From assembly GCF_004010195.1 (NCBI RefSeq), contig NC_057757.1, positions 8,662,789 through 8,716,151 of the forward strand: a stretch of 53,363 nt of DNA, given 5' to 3'. The notes beneath the pieces were generated by a model that saw only the letters and a program-made list of their open reading frames with translations, did not search any database and had not been told where the DNA came from. This document shows positions 11,063 through 23,174 of this stretch, piece after piece. Made by a program: the position numbers and the translations under genes. Numbering within the stretch: position 1 is the stretch's first letter; the number at the start of each line of letters is the position of its first letter. Source of the DNA: Chiloscyllium plagiosum (taxonomy: Eukaryota).

Positions 11063-11204
11063 GGGCATAAGCCCTTCTTCAGGAAGAAGGGCTTATGCCC
11101 GAAACGTCGATTCTCCTGTTCCCTGGATGCTGCCTGACCTGCTGCGCTGTTCCAGCAACATATTTTCAGCTCTGATCTCCAGCATTTGCAGACCTCACTA
11201 TCTC
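11063..11204 (+). mobile_element. Short Penelope pLTR insertion with a palindromic 5' junction
   Basis: 15-bp TSD ctcaacattgaattc at 11048-11062 and 11205-11219. Perfect 21-bp inverted repeat 11060-11080 / 11083-11103. Confidence 0.85.
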
Positions 11205-11599
11205 CTCAACATTGAATTCAACAACTTCAGATAAGTTTATTTCATTTATTTTATTTTTTTCTCATTATTTTTCACTGTTCTGTGCCTCTTATTTTTTGAT
11301 TGTCTCTCTTTCTTTCGCTCCCCACTATCTCATCACCTTTTTCCTCTCCTCTTCCCCCTTTGCTACCCTTCTCCCCAGTTCTCTATTTTGCCTTTGCTTC
11401 ACCCCTACACCCCCAAACCCCCACATATTTTGTCACACAGCACTGGCTTCAGCTTTGGTCATTCACAGCTCCTAATCTCCCTATAATCTTTCTATGCATT
11501 GCCATTATCATCTCTTTATTGCTACCTTTGCTTCTGGAGCCATGAGTCGCCTTCTCTCAGCCTCGTATAAATACCTCCCTATTTCTCCCCTTATTTTTT

Positions 11600-11638
11600 A
11601 GTTTTGACAAAGAATCAGTTAGACTAGAAACGTCAGCT
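11600..11638 (+). ncRNA. Variant hammerhead motif with a U3-A8 core
   Basis: agtt-TTGACAA-agaatc-agtta-gacta-GAAA-CGTC-agct. Helix I agtt/agct; helix II imperfect. Confidence 0.45.
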
Positions 11639-12854
11639 CTTTTCTCTCCTTGCAGATGCTGCCAGAACCTGCTGAGATTTTCCAGCATTTTCTCTTTTGG
11701 TTTCAGATTCCAGCATCCGCAGTAATTTGCTTTTATTTTGCTAGTACCTCCACTGTCTTGTCTCTTATCTTTCAACAAGTATGTCAACAACCTCCTGGGT
11801 CACAGGCAAATCTGATATCTACATTACTAAAGTTTTGTGTTTTCGAGTGATGGAGAAATAGAGCGTGGAAAATAAAAGACCTTTGATTCACCTTGTCCAT
11901 GCTGACCAAGTTTCCCAAACTAAACTAGATCCACTTGTATGCATTTCGCCCATATCCTTCTAAACCTTTCCAATTCATGTGCCTGTTCAAATGTCATTTA
12001 AATGTTGCAACTGTACCACCAGTGTTCCTGCTCCAATTAAATTTTCTGTCCATCTTCAACTCAATTTTGTAGTTTATTGCCAGCTCAGCTTTCTTCTTTA
12101 ACATATTCAGGTAAAATTGCGCGATGCTATTAAAATTTGTCATTTTCATCTCATCAATATTGCTCCAAAAGCTTTGAATATGTCAAACACAACGCCACAA
12201 CCTCGGTTAGACCAGTAATCCCCAAACTGTCTTCCCAAAATCCATTTGGAGCGACAGAAACATGTTTTGACCTTTACATCCTGGGCTTGATGTAACGTTC
12301 CAGTGAAACACAATGTGAGCTGGAGGAACAAAACCTTGCTTTCCTCTCTGGCAATTCGCAGTCTCTAAGACTCAACATTGCAGTCGCCAACTTCAGAGAA
12401 TGAGGTTTGACTTCCATTCTGATTACAATGCTACCCCACACCCCGGTTTGCAACTTGTTGGTTTTGCTTGCAGTCCCATTTTCCACTTTACCTACCGATC
12501 ATTAACACCTATTCTGTCTAAGGATACAGGAGAAACCATTTAGGAATGAGATGAGTCGAAATGTTTTCACCTAGAGAGTGGCAACCCTGTATAATTTCCT
12601 GCCACAAAAAGCATTCAAGAACAGAACATTTAATGCTTTTCATGAAGGAATTACTTATCGATCTAAAAGCAAAAGGGTTCAAAGAGTACTGGGAGAAAAC
12701 AGAACTGGGTACTTAGTTGGATGAGCAATGATCACCTTGAACGGTGAAGCAGAGCATTTGATGTGCTTAATAGACTATTCTGACAATGCTACTAGAGCTG
12801 ATCATCATTGAAAAAAAAAACAAAGTTGGATTTATTAGTTTTCTTTCATAAAAT

Positions 12855-13190
12855 CATAGAATTTCTAGTGTTGAAAGAGGGTATTCGTCTCATCGAAATT
12901 ACACAGACTGTCAGAAGAACATCTCACCCAGCACCCCCTGCTCCAATCTGATTCCTGTAGCCCCCATTTTTCATGGCTCCTCCACATCCCCGACACATCC
13001 CTGGACTTCTGGCAATTCAGTATGGCCAATTCACCTAACCTGCACATCTTTGGAGTGTGGAGGAAACCGGAGCTCCCAAAGGAAACCGACGCCGACATGG
13101 GAACAACGTGCAAACTCCACACAGCCAGTTGCCCGAGGATGGAATTGAGCCTGGGTCGTTGGCGTTGTGAGTCAACAGTGCAAACAATTT
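12855..13190 (-). mobile_element. HE1-type V-SINE
   Basis: atggccaattcacctaacctgcacatctttgga...tgcaaactccacacag...ggaattgagcctgggtc. Confidence 0.85.
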
Positions 13191-13605
13191 AGGGAAGGAA
13201 ATTGACCAATCCTATCCAGTCTAGCCCACATGAGACTCCAGACCAACAAGATATCGGTGACAATCTTCGCTATTCAAGGTGCACTTCGAGATGGGCACCA
13301 AATGCAAGACTTGCTGACACCCATAATCCTATAGAAGACTAGATCCAGCATTCTTGCCCATCTCTAATTGCACAGAGGCAAGTAAAGACTCAACTCGAGT
13401 TCTCGAGTCATACAAAGACCATATCTCCTTCCCTGAAGGGCATTAGTGAGCCAGATGGGTTTTTAATGACAATAATTATATCCCTTCAGATATCTATTGA
13501 ATTCAAGGTTCTTCAACATCCAGGTGGAATTTGAACACTCTTCGCCAGCATATTCATAGAAAGGTTTTGCTTACAAGTTCAGTGAATTTTCCACTGTGCC
13601 ACTCC
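13190..13605. mobile_element. Deu-domain SINE (SacSINE1-like) fragments in both orientations
   Basis: tttagggaaggaaattgacc...cacatgagactccagacc (+) and ccttccctgaagggcattagtgagccagatgggttttt...ggtggaatttgaac (-). Confidence 0.55.
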
Positions 13606-13907
13606 CGAAACTAGCATTTGCAGCTTCATTCCCTGTGAAGATTTTAACTCTACTGGGGATACAGCTCTGAGAGTGATGTCTTAGTTTCATCGCATCGACA
13701 AGTCTTTTGTGACCTTCATTGTCACAATTAGGTCACACCTTTTTAAATAATTGTTGCATTGACTTCAATTGTGACACCAAGCGATTGTTGAGAAATAAGA
13801 TGACAATATCTTTGTGGTTGTTTTTGTAAGGCACAGACTCGATGGACTGAAAGGTCTTTTTATGTACAAATTTCAGATGTATTGGCGATGTCTCTATGAG
13901 GCAAGTC

Positions 13908-14690
13908 CATTGGGCAAGTCTAATTCTAGAGCGAATTATACAATGAATGGAAGAGCCTTGGGAAAAGTTGATGGGCAGCGAGATCTGGGAGTGCAGGTCC
14001 ATTGTACCCCGAAGGTTGATGCACAGGTGGATAGAGTGGTCAAGAAGGCATATAGTATGCTTGCCTTCATTGGACGGGATATTGCGTATAAGAGCTGGCA
14101 AGTCATGTTAAAATTGTACAAGACATTGGTTCGGCTGCATTTAGAATATTGTGTACAGTTCTGGGCGCCACATTACCAAAAGGATGTGGACGCTTTGGAG
14201 AGGGTACAGAGAAGGTTTACAAGGATGTTGCCTGGTATGGAAGGTGCTAGCTATGAAGAGCGGTTGAATAGGTTAGGTTTATTTTCACTAGAAAAAAGTA
14301 GATTGAGGGGGGACCTGATTGAAGCTTCCAAAATCATGAAGGGTATAGACAGGGTGGATAGAGACAAGCTTTTTCCCAGGGTGAAGGTTTCAATATACGG
14401 AGGTCATGCTTTCAAGGTGAGAGGTGGAAAGTTTAAGGGGGATACACGTGGCAAGTACTTCACACAGAGGGTGGAGGGCGTTTGGAACGCATGCCAGCAG
14501 AGATGGTAGAGGCAGGCACGGTAGATTTATTTAAGATGCGTCTGGACAGATGCAGGAGTAGGTGGGGATCAGAGGGTTACAAATGCTTAGGAATTGACCG
14601 ACAGGTTAAACAGTACATTTGGATCGGCTCAGGCTTGAAGGACCGAAGGCCTGTTCCTGGGCTGTAAATTTTCTTTGTTCCTCTCTGTTG
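13908..14690 (+). mobile_element. Young 5'-truncated CR1 LINE (ORF2 C-terminus and 3' UTR)
   Basis: GKSN..YTMNG..QRDLGVQVH..KKAYSMLAFI..LYKTLVRLHLEYCVQFWAPHYQKDVDALERVQRRFTRMLPG in ORF 13814-14509. Confidence 0.95.
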
Positions 14691-16421
14691 TCTGTTCTGA
14701 CCCTACAAGCTATTAAAATGTAGTTAATCAAATAAATGTGAACGAACTCACGGGGCTGATTAGCCTATTCCCATTCCAATGTTCCTCGCTACTTATCTCA
14801 ATAATTTTGGAGACACAAACTTTTCACAAGCTGTCAAAAGTTTTTCATTGATCTTCGAAGCTGCAAATGTTTAATGCATCTTTTTTTCACACAGTTAAAG
14901 GAGTTTTAAGAGATTTAAAATAATTCTGAAGCACGTGCTCCTTTGAAGTGTTCTGAGACTCAACCATGATAAAAGGGCATGTGTCGTTAGCTGGCAAGTC
15001 ACTGGGTGTTTGGTCTGGATTCGTCAGCACTGTCCCTCACAGCATAACCTTGTAGCTCGATTTGACTCTGGGTCATGGTCCAGTCAAAGGTGAAATTCTC
15101 ACGACCATCAAGTAACCTCTTAAACCTCGGCTCTTGGCAAAAGCTGCAGCTCCAAAATTGATCAGAGAATCCAGACTAAATCAAACCAGACAAAGATGAG
15201 TGTTCTCAGTGTCAGGAGAATTTGATACTTTTCTTTTGCAACATAAGGGCTACCTTTATCAGGTGAAGCATAGAATACAGTGGAGTCGGCGGGGGTGGGG
15301 GTGGGGGAGTTAATGTTGTAACCATATAAAATTCTGGTGAAGCCACAATTGCAGTTCTGTATGCAGTTCTGATCATCAAATTATCGGAAGGATGCAATGG
15401 CATAGCAGAAAATGCTGGTGTGGCCAAAGCTAAAATATTGCATATAGTTGTGGAACTCACCGCCTGAAAGGGTGGAAGCATGAATCCTTATGACATTTTA
15501 AAAATATTTAGTTGAAAACTTCAAATTCTGTAGCATACAAGATTGCAGACTGAGTCTTGGGAAATACAATTACAGTAGGTGTTTGTCGACTAGCCAAAAT
15601 GGGCAGAAGGGCCTCTTTCCATGCTGTAATATCTAATGGTGTGTATCAATTAGCTCAGTTGGTTGGGTAGCTGGTTTGTGATGCTGCCTCATTCCAGATT
15701 TTTTCAAGGGATCAGACATTGTACCAAGTTCCCATGAAATCTTATGTACTTAAAGAAGATCATTCTAGGAACGATGTGGTTACGTGAGACAGAGTTCACC
15801 GGAGGATAACCAGGATGCTTGGAACTCCCTGCCTGAAAGGGTGGTTGATTTAGAAACTCTTCCACCACACAAGCTGCATGGGGTAGGAGTCTTGAGTTGC
15901 AGTGGTAGTTTCCATACCTTTGGGTCAGGAGCCTCCTGCTTCAAATCCCCTTCAGTGCAAAAGGTGAATCTGAGCAGGTTTATTTTTTTTTAAAAAGTCT
16001 ATAACACACATTTAGGTATTCACTTGCTTTTTCATTACCTTCAGGATGATGGGCTAAAAGCTGATAAATGGAGTTTAGTTGCAATCAGATTTTTGGTGGC
16101 TGGCATGAACACAATGGACTGAATGGTCTCCTTCTGTGTCGTAAATGTATAGAGTGCTTTACATCACATGAACAATGCTGCAACATTCAGACATAATTTC
16201 AATTTCTGTTCCAGGATTATTTCTTGTCTCTGTTTCTCACTTCAGCCGATTTGCAAAACAAAATGTCTCTCCTTTGGTGGATATATAAAAAAAATTTAAT
16301 TAGTACATAACATCGCTTGCTCTGTAGAAATGTGTCTGAGTGCCAGCGAGTAGCTGAATGTGTTTGTTCAATAACGGTGATTAATTCCATTTCCCATGCG
16401 GCCATAGGAGAACGTTCCAAG

Positions 16422-16432
16422 TATAATATATA
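16422..16432 (+). promoter_or_regulatory. Candidate TATA box of gene 2
   Basis: TATAATATATA starts 72 nt before the ATG. The paralogous spacing is 78 nt. Confidence 0.45.
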
Positions 16433-16493
16433 CGAAGAATCTGAGTGACAGTTTCTTGTTTCTCCTTGAAAGTGTTTTGAGGACTGAAGCACC

Positions 16494-16635
16494 ATGCTGG
16501 AATTACACAGAAGCTCAGGTCCCAGCCAAAGTGAGAAGACAGGCTGGTCCTTGCTTACACTGCTCAGGATACAGTTTGTTTTTCGGGATATACAGAAACT
16601 GTACTATCCTATCCTGGCTGCTTTTGCTGGTCCTT
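16494..16635 (+). CDS. GPR139-like GPCR gene 2, exon 1 (N-terminus and first half of TM1)
   Basis: gcaccATG context. Encodes MLELH...LRIQFVFRDIQKLYYPILAAFAGP, followed by a phase-1 donor T|gtaagt at 16636. The DIQxxYYxxLA motif recurs at 36239 and 53048. Confidence 0.85.
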
Positions 16636-16819
16636 GTAAGTTACTCTTTCCAGATTTTATTTTTCCAACGCATGGTATTTCTATGATTGCTACTTCCATT
16701 CATCATCCATCAGTAAAAACACTTGGTTACCTGGGTAATCCAAAATATCATGTTGTAAATTGTGGGGCATTTCTTTATTTGGAAAGCTGGTATTTTCATT
16801 TCTGATCTAATGTACAGGG

Positions 16820-17240
16820 AGGGACTAGTTTAGTTTACTGGAATTTAGAAGAATGATACGGATACTCAGAGAAATCTACAAAATGTGAATAGAATTTGAC
16901 AAGCTAACGGCAAGAAGGATGTTCCAATGACCTGGGAATCCAGTACCACAGGTCACTGTCTAAGTTACACGGCAGGCACTTTCGGTCTGAGATGATGAGA
17001 AATGTCTTGAATCCAAGTGTTGAGTCTAGAGAAATATCTGGCCCAGAAGGTAGTTGAGGCGAGAACATTGAATGCGGTCAAGAAACAGTCAGTGAAATTT
17101 CTTAGTGTTAAAGGAGTCAAAGGGTTAGGGAAGAATGAGGGAACAGGGTACTGAATTGAATGAAATGATGTGATCTTATTTATGAATGGATTAGAGTTGA
17201 AGGCCTGAATAACCTACTCCTACAGCTATTTCTCTATTAG
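16820..17240 (+). mobile_element. Decayed CR1 3' fragment
   Basis: actggaatttagaagaatga...ctgagatgatgagaaat...ggcctgaataacctactcct. Confidence 0.65.
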
Positions 17241-18824
17241 TTCCAGATTCAAAGTTAGTTACTGCAGAGTTCCAAATTTGCCTGTATAAACATTGTATTC
17301 CTTCAGAAACATTTGATTGAGGTTTATTTCTTCTCTACTACCATTTGTGACTACCACCAGGTATATTGCATTTTTCCATAATTGATAACATTCCACCTTT
17401 CCTCGACTTGGTGATAGCACAGTTATTTATTCAAGTTTAATCCTTTCATTTTTTGTATTTCGATTTGCTGTAGGAATACATACCTTTTGAAATTTTGAAC
17501 TTTTCACAGTCCGTAACATCATGAACATTGAATGAAAAAAAGCACTTTTTTGTCAGATATATTTTGCACTGAGCATTTTTTTAGCGCTAACATACCTCAG
17601 AATCATGGCCTGAGGAACAATAACTCAATCTGGAAAGCTCCTGTGTGATGGTGACCTATTCCAGAATACAAATGATTTGATAAATGAAAACAGGTCTTGT
17701 CATTTATCTCATTCTTACTTATTCTTTCTTACTATGTGTTTTACATGAGCAGACAGTATAATTGTATTTTATCATTTCCATAATGATGAAAATGCATTAT
17801 TTGTGTTACTATGCCCACTTCTGTTAATTTATTCTTTGGTAAGAAAATAATAAGAGATGTGAGCAGTGTTGACTACTTGGATGTTAGCACCTCTTCCACC
17901 AAGCAGTCAGACCACAGTTTGTTTGATGTAACACTAATTCCACTTTCCTGTCTGGCATTATAGCATTTGATTCCCTTATTCTTTTAAAATCCCCCTTTTT
18001 TTTACCCAATCTCTAATACATTGACTGACTATTTTTCACTATTTACAGGAGAGAGAAGTCCAAATACACGAAAAAAATATTCCTACACTTTAACGAAAAT
18101 GGAAACTCCTTATTTTGAAACTTTTCCCCTTATACAGGGGACAGTATCAAGAGCATCAACTAAAGGAAAGGGCTTGGATGTTTAGGGAGGATTTAAAGAC
18201 AGACATTTCACTCGTGGGTACTGAGTATCTGGAACTTACTGTTTGAAAGGGTGGTGGCAGGAATGCTGAAGACTTTAGGAAGTATTTAGATAAACAGTTG
18301 AAATGCAGGATTACAGGACAATTGTCATAAAATGAGATAAGAATAGATGGGTGTTTGTTGGCTAGCAGAGGTATGATGGGCTGAATGGCTGTAATACCCA
18401 ATACGCTTAGACTTAAAGGTACATATCCTTGTTGAAGATTTATTTTCAAGAAATCTGACATTCTCTCAGCATCAATCCTGTCAAACGTTCTCCGAGTTTC
18501 GAGAAATCTTACATGTTTCAACGAGATCATCCTTCCTGTTCCTAAACTCCAATGGGTTCAGGCCCAAACTGCTCAACCTTTGTTCCGAAAATAAACCTCT
18601 TCACTTAAGGACTCAGACAAGTGAGCCTTCTCTCAACTGCCTCCGATCCACGTTATGCCTCATTAATGATGGTGAGCACTGCAGCCAATATTCTGGGTGC
18701 AGTCTCCCCGATGATCTGTGCAATGGTAGCAACCTGTTCCTCATTTCAGAAGCTATCCCCTTTGCAGTTCAGCCAGCAATCCATTTGCTTAACTAATTAC
18801 TTGGCACACATATTAACTTGCAGA

Positions 18825-19192
18825 TGGTGAGGAGTGCAGATGCTGGGAAATAAGAGACGATAAAATGTGGAGCAGGAAAAAGCACAGCAGGTCAAGCAGC
18901 ATCAAAGGAGCAGGAGTGTCGATGTTTTAGGCAGGACCCTCAGACTCCCCAGTATCTGCAGTGCTCACTATCTCCAAGTTACTGAAAATCATACTGTGAA
19001 GCCTCTGCCAAGGAGGCCCAACTTGAAGTAGTTTTCCTCCTCCCTCCGCAAAGATCTCAGTGCGTCTCCCTCCCACTGCAAACCCTTGGTCATCAGGCCA
19101 GTCCTGATGAAGATCCTACCCAAAACATCGATACTCCTGCTCTTTTGTTGCTGCTTGACCTGCTGTACTTTTTCCAGCTCTATATTTTAATG
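18825..19192 (+). mobile_element. Miniature Penelope-like element with an inverted pLTR
   Basis: 18850-18930 is an inverted copy of 19118-19190. The ORF 5' remnant (FSSSLRKDLSASPSHC) is joined directly to CTGATGA at 19104. Imperfect flanking duplication cacatattaacttgca / cacacattaatttaca. Confidence 0.7.
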
Positions 19193-19381
19193 ACACACAT
19201 TAATTTACATGTTGTGAGACATGGATAAGATCTGTTGCACCGTATTTTGTACAGTCTCAATTTTATTCGTACTGTGAACTTCTATTCTTGTTGTCATTGT
19301 AGACAGCTTAGCATTTCCCCATGTTATCACCAAAACTGTTGCCTACTCACTGAACCTAGTTTTTTTTTCCATTTGCACCTG

Positions 19382-19398
19382 CCCCCCCCCCCCCCCCC
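19382..19398. repeat. C17 homopolymer
   Basis: Read directly from the sequence. Confidence 0.95.
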
Positions 19399-20129
19399 AC
19401 CGATTTGCTTTTGCAATAGATTCACACTGACTGTAAGTATAGCTACAATACAGTCAGCACCGTCATTAAAATCATTAACATCAGTTGTAAACAGCTGCAA
19501 TCCCAGTTCTGATCTATAACCTCATTATGGTACTTACAGTTTTGTGACCTGAACACGGGAGTTATTCTGATCTATTCTCTGTTGGGTAGCCAGCCCTGCT
19601 GACAATCTTCAAAGTCACCTGCTCCTACCTTGTCGACTAGAGCTTCCTGGACAATGAGCGTGTTCCATTCCTGAATACGTCTGTATGATGATTTGTGCAC
19701 AATCGGAACACAGTACAGTTCAGTATAAAATATCCATTCGTAAGTACAAGTGAAATGTTTACATGTCAAAATCTCAGAACTTAATTTTAACACGGGATCA
19801 TGTTCATAAGTATGGGGGTTTATAACTCAGACATTCATAAACTCAGGACCCCTGTAGTAATCTTTTGTGTGTAACCTTTTTGAATAATTTTGGAAATCCA
19901 AACACATTCCATCTTTCGGTTTAAACACAGGAAGTACAGAGGAAACTCAGCAAGTTTGGCTGCATCCGTGGAGAGAGAAACAGAATTAACATTATTAGAC
20001 CAATAGGACTCTTCTTCAGAACATCTGTGGCTTTTCCTTTCTGCATTTACTCTCTTACATCGTCAAAGAATGCAAATAAATTTATCAAACACTTCTTCCT
20101 GGGAACATTGCAATGTGTGTTCACATCAT

Positions 20130-21225
20130 TTCCATTTTCTCATGGGATGTTGGTATCTCTGGCTGTCCAGCATTTGTTGCCTATCCCTTGTTGCCCCTTG
20201 AGAATGTTATGGTGAGCTGCCTTGTTAAACCACTATAGTCCATGTGCTGTAGGTAGACCCACAGGGAAGGAGTTCACTGATTTGGACCCAGTGATACAGA
20301 AGGAGAAGTTATTTATTCCAAGTCTGGATGGGGAGTGGCTCAGATGGGAACTTGCAATGGGTCAGTGTTATCATGTATCTGCTGCCCTCGTCCTTCGGGG
20401 TGGAAGTGGTCATGGATTTAAACGATTCTGTCTTAGGTTCCTTGATACACTTCTGCAGTACGTATTGGAAATGAGATACCCTGCCATGATTGGGTGTCGG
20501 TGTTTGTAGTATGGAATGTTTATGGATGTGGTGCCAGTCCAGTGGAGAAAGTGAGGACTGCAGATGCTGGAGATCAGAGCTGAAAATGTGCTGCTCGAAA
20601 AGCGCAGCAGGTCAGGCAGCATCCAAGGAGCAGGAGAATCGACGTTTCGGGCATGAGCCTTCGTGAAGAAGGGCTTATGCCTGAAACATCGATTCTCCTG
20701 CTCCTTGGATGCTGTCTGACCTGCTGCGCTTTTCCAGAAAAACATTTTCAGCTCTGCCAGTCAAGTGGGCTAAGTTTTTCTGAATGATGTAGAGCGTCTT
20801 GAGTGTTCTTGGAGAGGAACTCATACATGCAAGTGGGAAATACTCCATCAAACCCCTGAGATGTACCTTTGCGGACATGCTTTGGGGAGCTACGAGCTGA
20901 GTTAGTTGCTGCAGCATTCCAAGCCGCTGACCTGGTCCTGCAGTCATTGTATTGACATGGCTCAGTTCAGTTCAATTTCCAGTCATTAGTAACTTCCATG
21001 ATGCTGTTAGTGGGGGACTCAGTGATGGAAAAACCTTTCAATGTTAAAGGATTGGATTGCCCTCATATGAGACGGTCATTGTCTGGCAATTGTGTGTTAC
21101 AACTGTTATATGCCACTTTTCACCTCAAGCCTGGATATGTCCAGGTCTTGCTACATTTGGGCATGGACTGCTTCAGTGCCAGAGAAGTCGTGAATGGTTC
21201 TGAATATTGTGTAATCATTAACGTT
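20130..21225 (-). mobile_element. L2/CR1-clade LINE 3' portion, interrupted by a Penelope palindrome
   Basis: Minus strand GQRLGMLQQLTQL..LMEYFPLACMSSSPRTLKTLYIIQ resembles a post-RT LINE region. Related pieces at 28970-29445 and 52230-52570. Confidence 0.65.
20546..20754. mobile_element. Palindromic Penelope pLTR insertion
   Basis: Arms of about 85 bp (20576-20662 / 20665-20755). TSD tgccagtc[c/a]agtgg at 20532-20545 and 20755-20768. Confidence 0.85.
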
Positions 21226-22208
21226 AGCAAAATATTTCTGATGTGTGAATGTTATTGTGATCTAGATATCTTCTGATGAAGTAATGTTAATAGCATAATT
21301 TCACAGTGTGTACGAAAATATGGAAATGTTATGGTTTCAATATACAGCAATTACAGGAGGCACTGATTTGGGAATGTCTGACTTACAAAAGCTCATACTT
21401 ATGGTCACGATTTAATACAGGGCTATAACTTTAAAGACGTGACATATGAATATCTCCTGTACTTGTGAACGCTTCCTTGATATTGTCCTGCATTGTGTTC
21501 TGAATTGCACCAAGATTGGCTTGTGAACCCATTCAGATATCCCGGTGCCTCTAAGATCTGTGTTTTCAATATTGGAATTGAATAAGGACATACATTAGAA
21601 ACAGAAGTAGGCCATTCAGCCCCTCCAACCTGCGGGCACATTCAATAGATTCTGCTTGTAACTTCAAATCCACATTCCTGCTGACCCTCAACAATTGGTA
21701 GAACTGAAAGAACATTAAGATTATAATTTATTTATGATATTATTCAGCACAGCTCTACGACAGTCTCTGACATTACCTAGACTAATATTAATAAATTAAT
21801 ATTCCGGCCCAGTCACAATTATTACTGGCCCATTTCTCATTAACTATTGCAGGATCCCACAGTCACTAAAGTGTCAGTGCTCATCTTCATCGATCCTCAC
21901 CCTTTCAATTCAGTCTCTGCCTTAATTAATTCAGGCCTCTTTCATCCTCTTTAATGAGGAGAAGCAAAAATGGCTAGTGTGTGTGAAAATAGAAAGGATC
22001 AGCATGCAAGTCGACAGATTCACAGCCATTTGAGAGAAATGATTCCTTCTCATTTCTGTTCCAAATGCAAAACCCCTTCTTCTCAAATGGTGACATTTTC
22101 ATCCGGATTAACCCACAAGACGAAACAGATGTTTTGTATTGACACTCAAAAACTCCATCAATATTGCCTTTTCTCTTATTCTAATCTGTCCTGTTTGCTT
22201 CCTTCCAG

Positions 22209-23098
22209 TTAACATGATAACGATTGTAATCCTATATCGGGGCAGGTGTGGCCTCTCCAAATGCGTCACACGTTACCTGGTAGCCATGGCAGCAACGGAT
22301 CTGCTGATCATTATCTTTGATCTAGTATGGAGGCATATCCCTTCAGTTTATCGTTTGGAATTCAGTTTCTTATTGTATATCCCAGTGTGTAACATCCACG
22401 CTGTTTTGCTCTACACTGTTACTGACTGTTCAGTCTGGTTCACAGTCAGTTTCACATTCGATCGCTACATCGCCATTTGTTCCCAGAAATTGAAAACTAA
22501 ATACTGTGTGGAGAAAACAGCGACTGTGATTCTTACAACAACTGCTCTGCTCTGCTCATTGAAAAATACTTTCTGGTACTTTATGTACTCGAATAGTTAC
22601 TGGTTCGCAAATCTATCCTGGTTTTGTGTTGTGAAGCAAAGTGTTGCACAATCAAAAGTGTGGGGTGCTGTTGAATTCTTCCACTACATATTGACACCAT
22701 GCATTCCATTTATTATGATCTTGCTGTTCAATGCTTTAACGGTCAGGTACATTTTAGTCACTAACAGAGCCCGCAGCAGACTCCGGAATCATTGCTGTAG
22801 GGAATGTCCCAGTGACCCTGAGATGGAGAGTCGCAGGAAGTCCATAATTATCCTGTACGCTATATCAGGGAACTTCATTTTATTATGGGCAGTTTATATG
22901 ACCTACAGTATTTATTGGAGAATGGCTTACCTCGGCTATGAGACTGTACATCTCCCTGTGTACGTTAGGGAGGTGGGGTTCATGCTTCAGCTTCTGAGTT
23001 GCTGTACCAACACCATTATCTATGCAATAACACAACGCAAATTCAGAGAAGAGCTGCAGCATCTGTTTTTGTTTTTGTTTATTACCAATAAAAAATAA
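22209..23098 (+). CDS. GPR139-like GPCR gene 2, exon 2; spliced product 343 aa
   Basis: Acceptor tgtttgcttccttccag ends at 22208 and its phase matches exon 1 (142+890=1032 nt). Motifs AATDLL, CNIHAVLLY, FDRY, WFC, FILLW, NTIIY. Confidence 0.92.
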
Positions 23099-23174
23099 TT
23101 GAAAGCAGGAAAAGAAATTATCGCCAATGCGTCTTCAGGTCTGTGTTTTTATTTTTCTGTTGCTTACTGGTTTA

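Larger units (their letters stand above)
10868..11740 (+). mobile_element. Penelope-like 3' end with a 5' inversion
   Basis: Encodes QHLIFRLGT*QPAGLNIEF/NNFR* (GIY-YIG domain C-terminus). About 60-bp inverted repeat, 10862-10923 vs 10975-11037. pLTR at 11600-11740. Confidence 0.8.

Noticed and set aside
13814..14509. 231-aa host protein gene
   Set aside because: It is the C-terminus of CR1 ORF2 with a fortuitous upstream GTG.
15288..15308. G-quadruplex regulatory element upstream of gene 2
   Set aside because: Only three long G runs, embedded in decayed CR1-like sequence, with no counterpart at the paralogs.
16260..16420. Olfactory-receptor-type O/E plus homeodomain promoter signature
   Set aside because: TAATT words are present but expected in AT-rich DNA, and I found no convincing O/E site.
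22139..22208. N-terminal part of the 319-aa ORF
   Set aside because: TTG start and acceptor sequence; the real start is at 16494.
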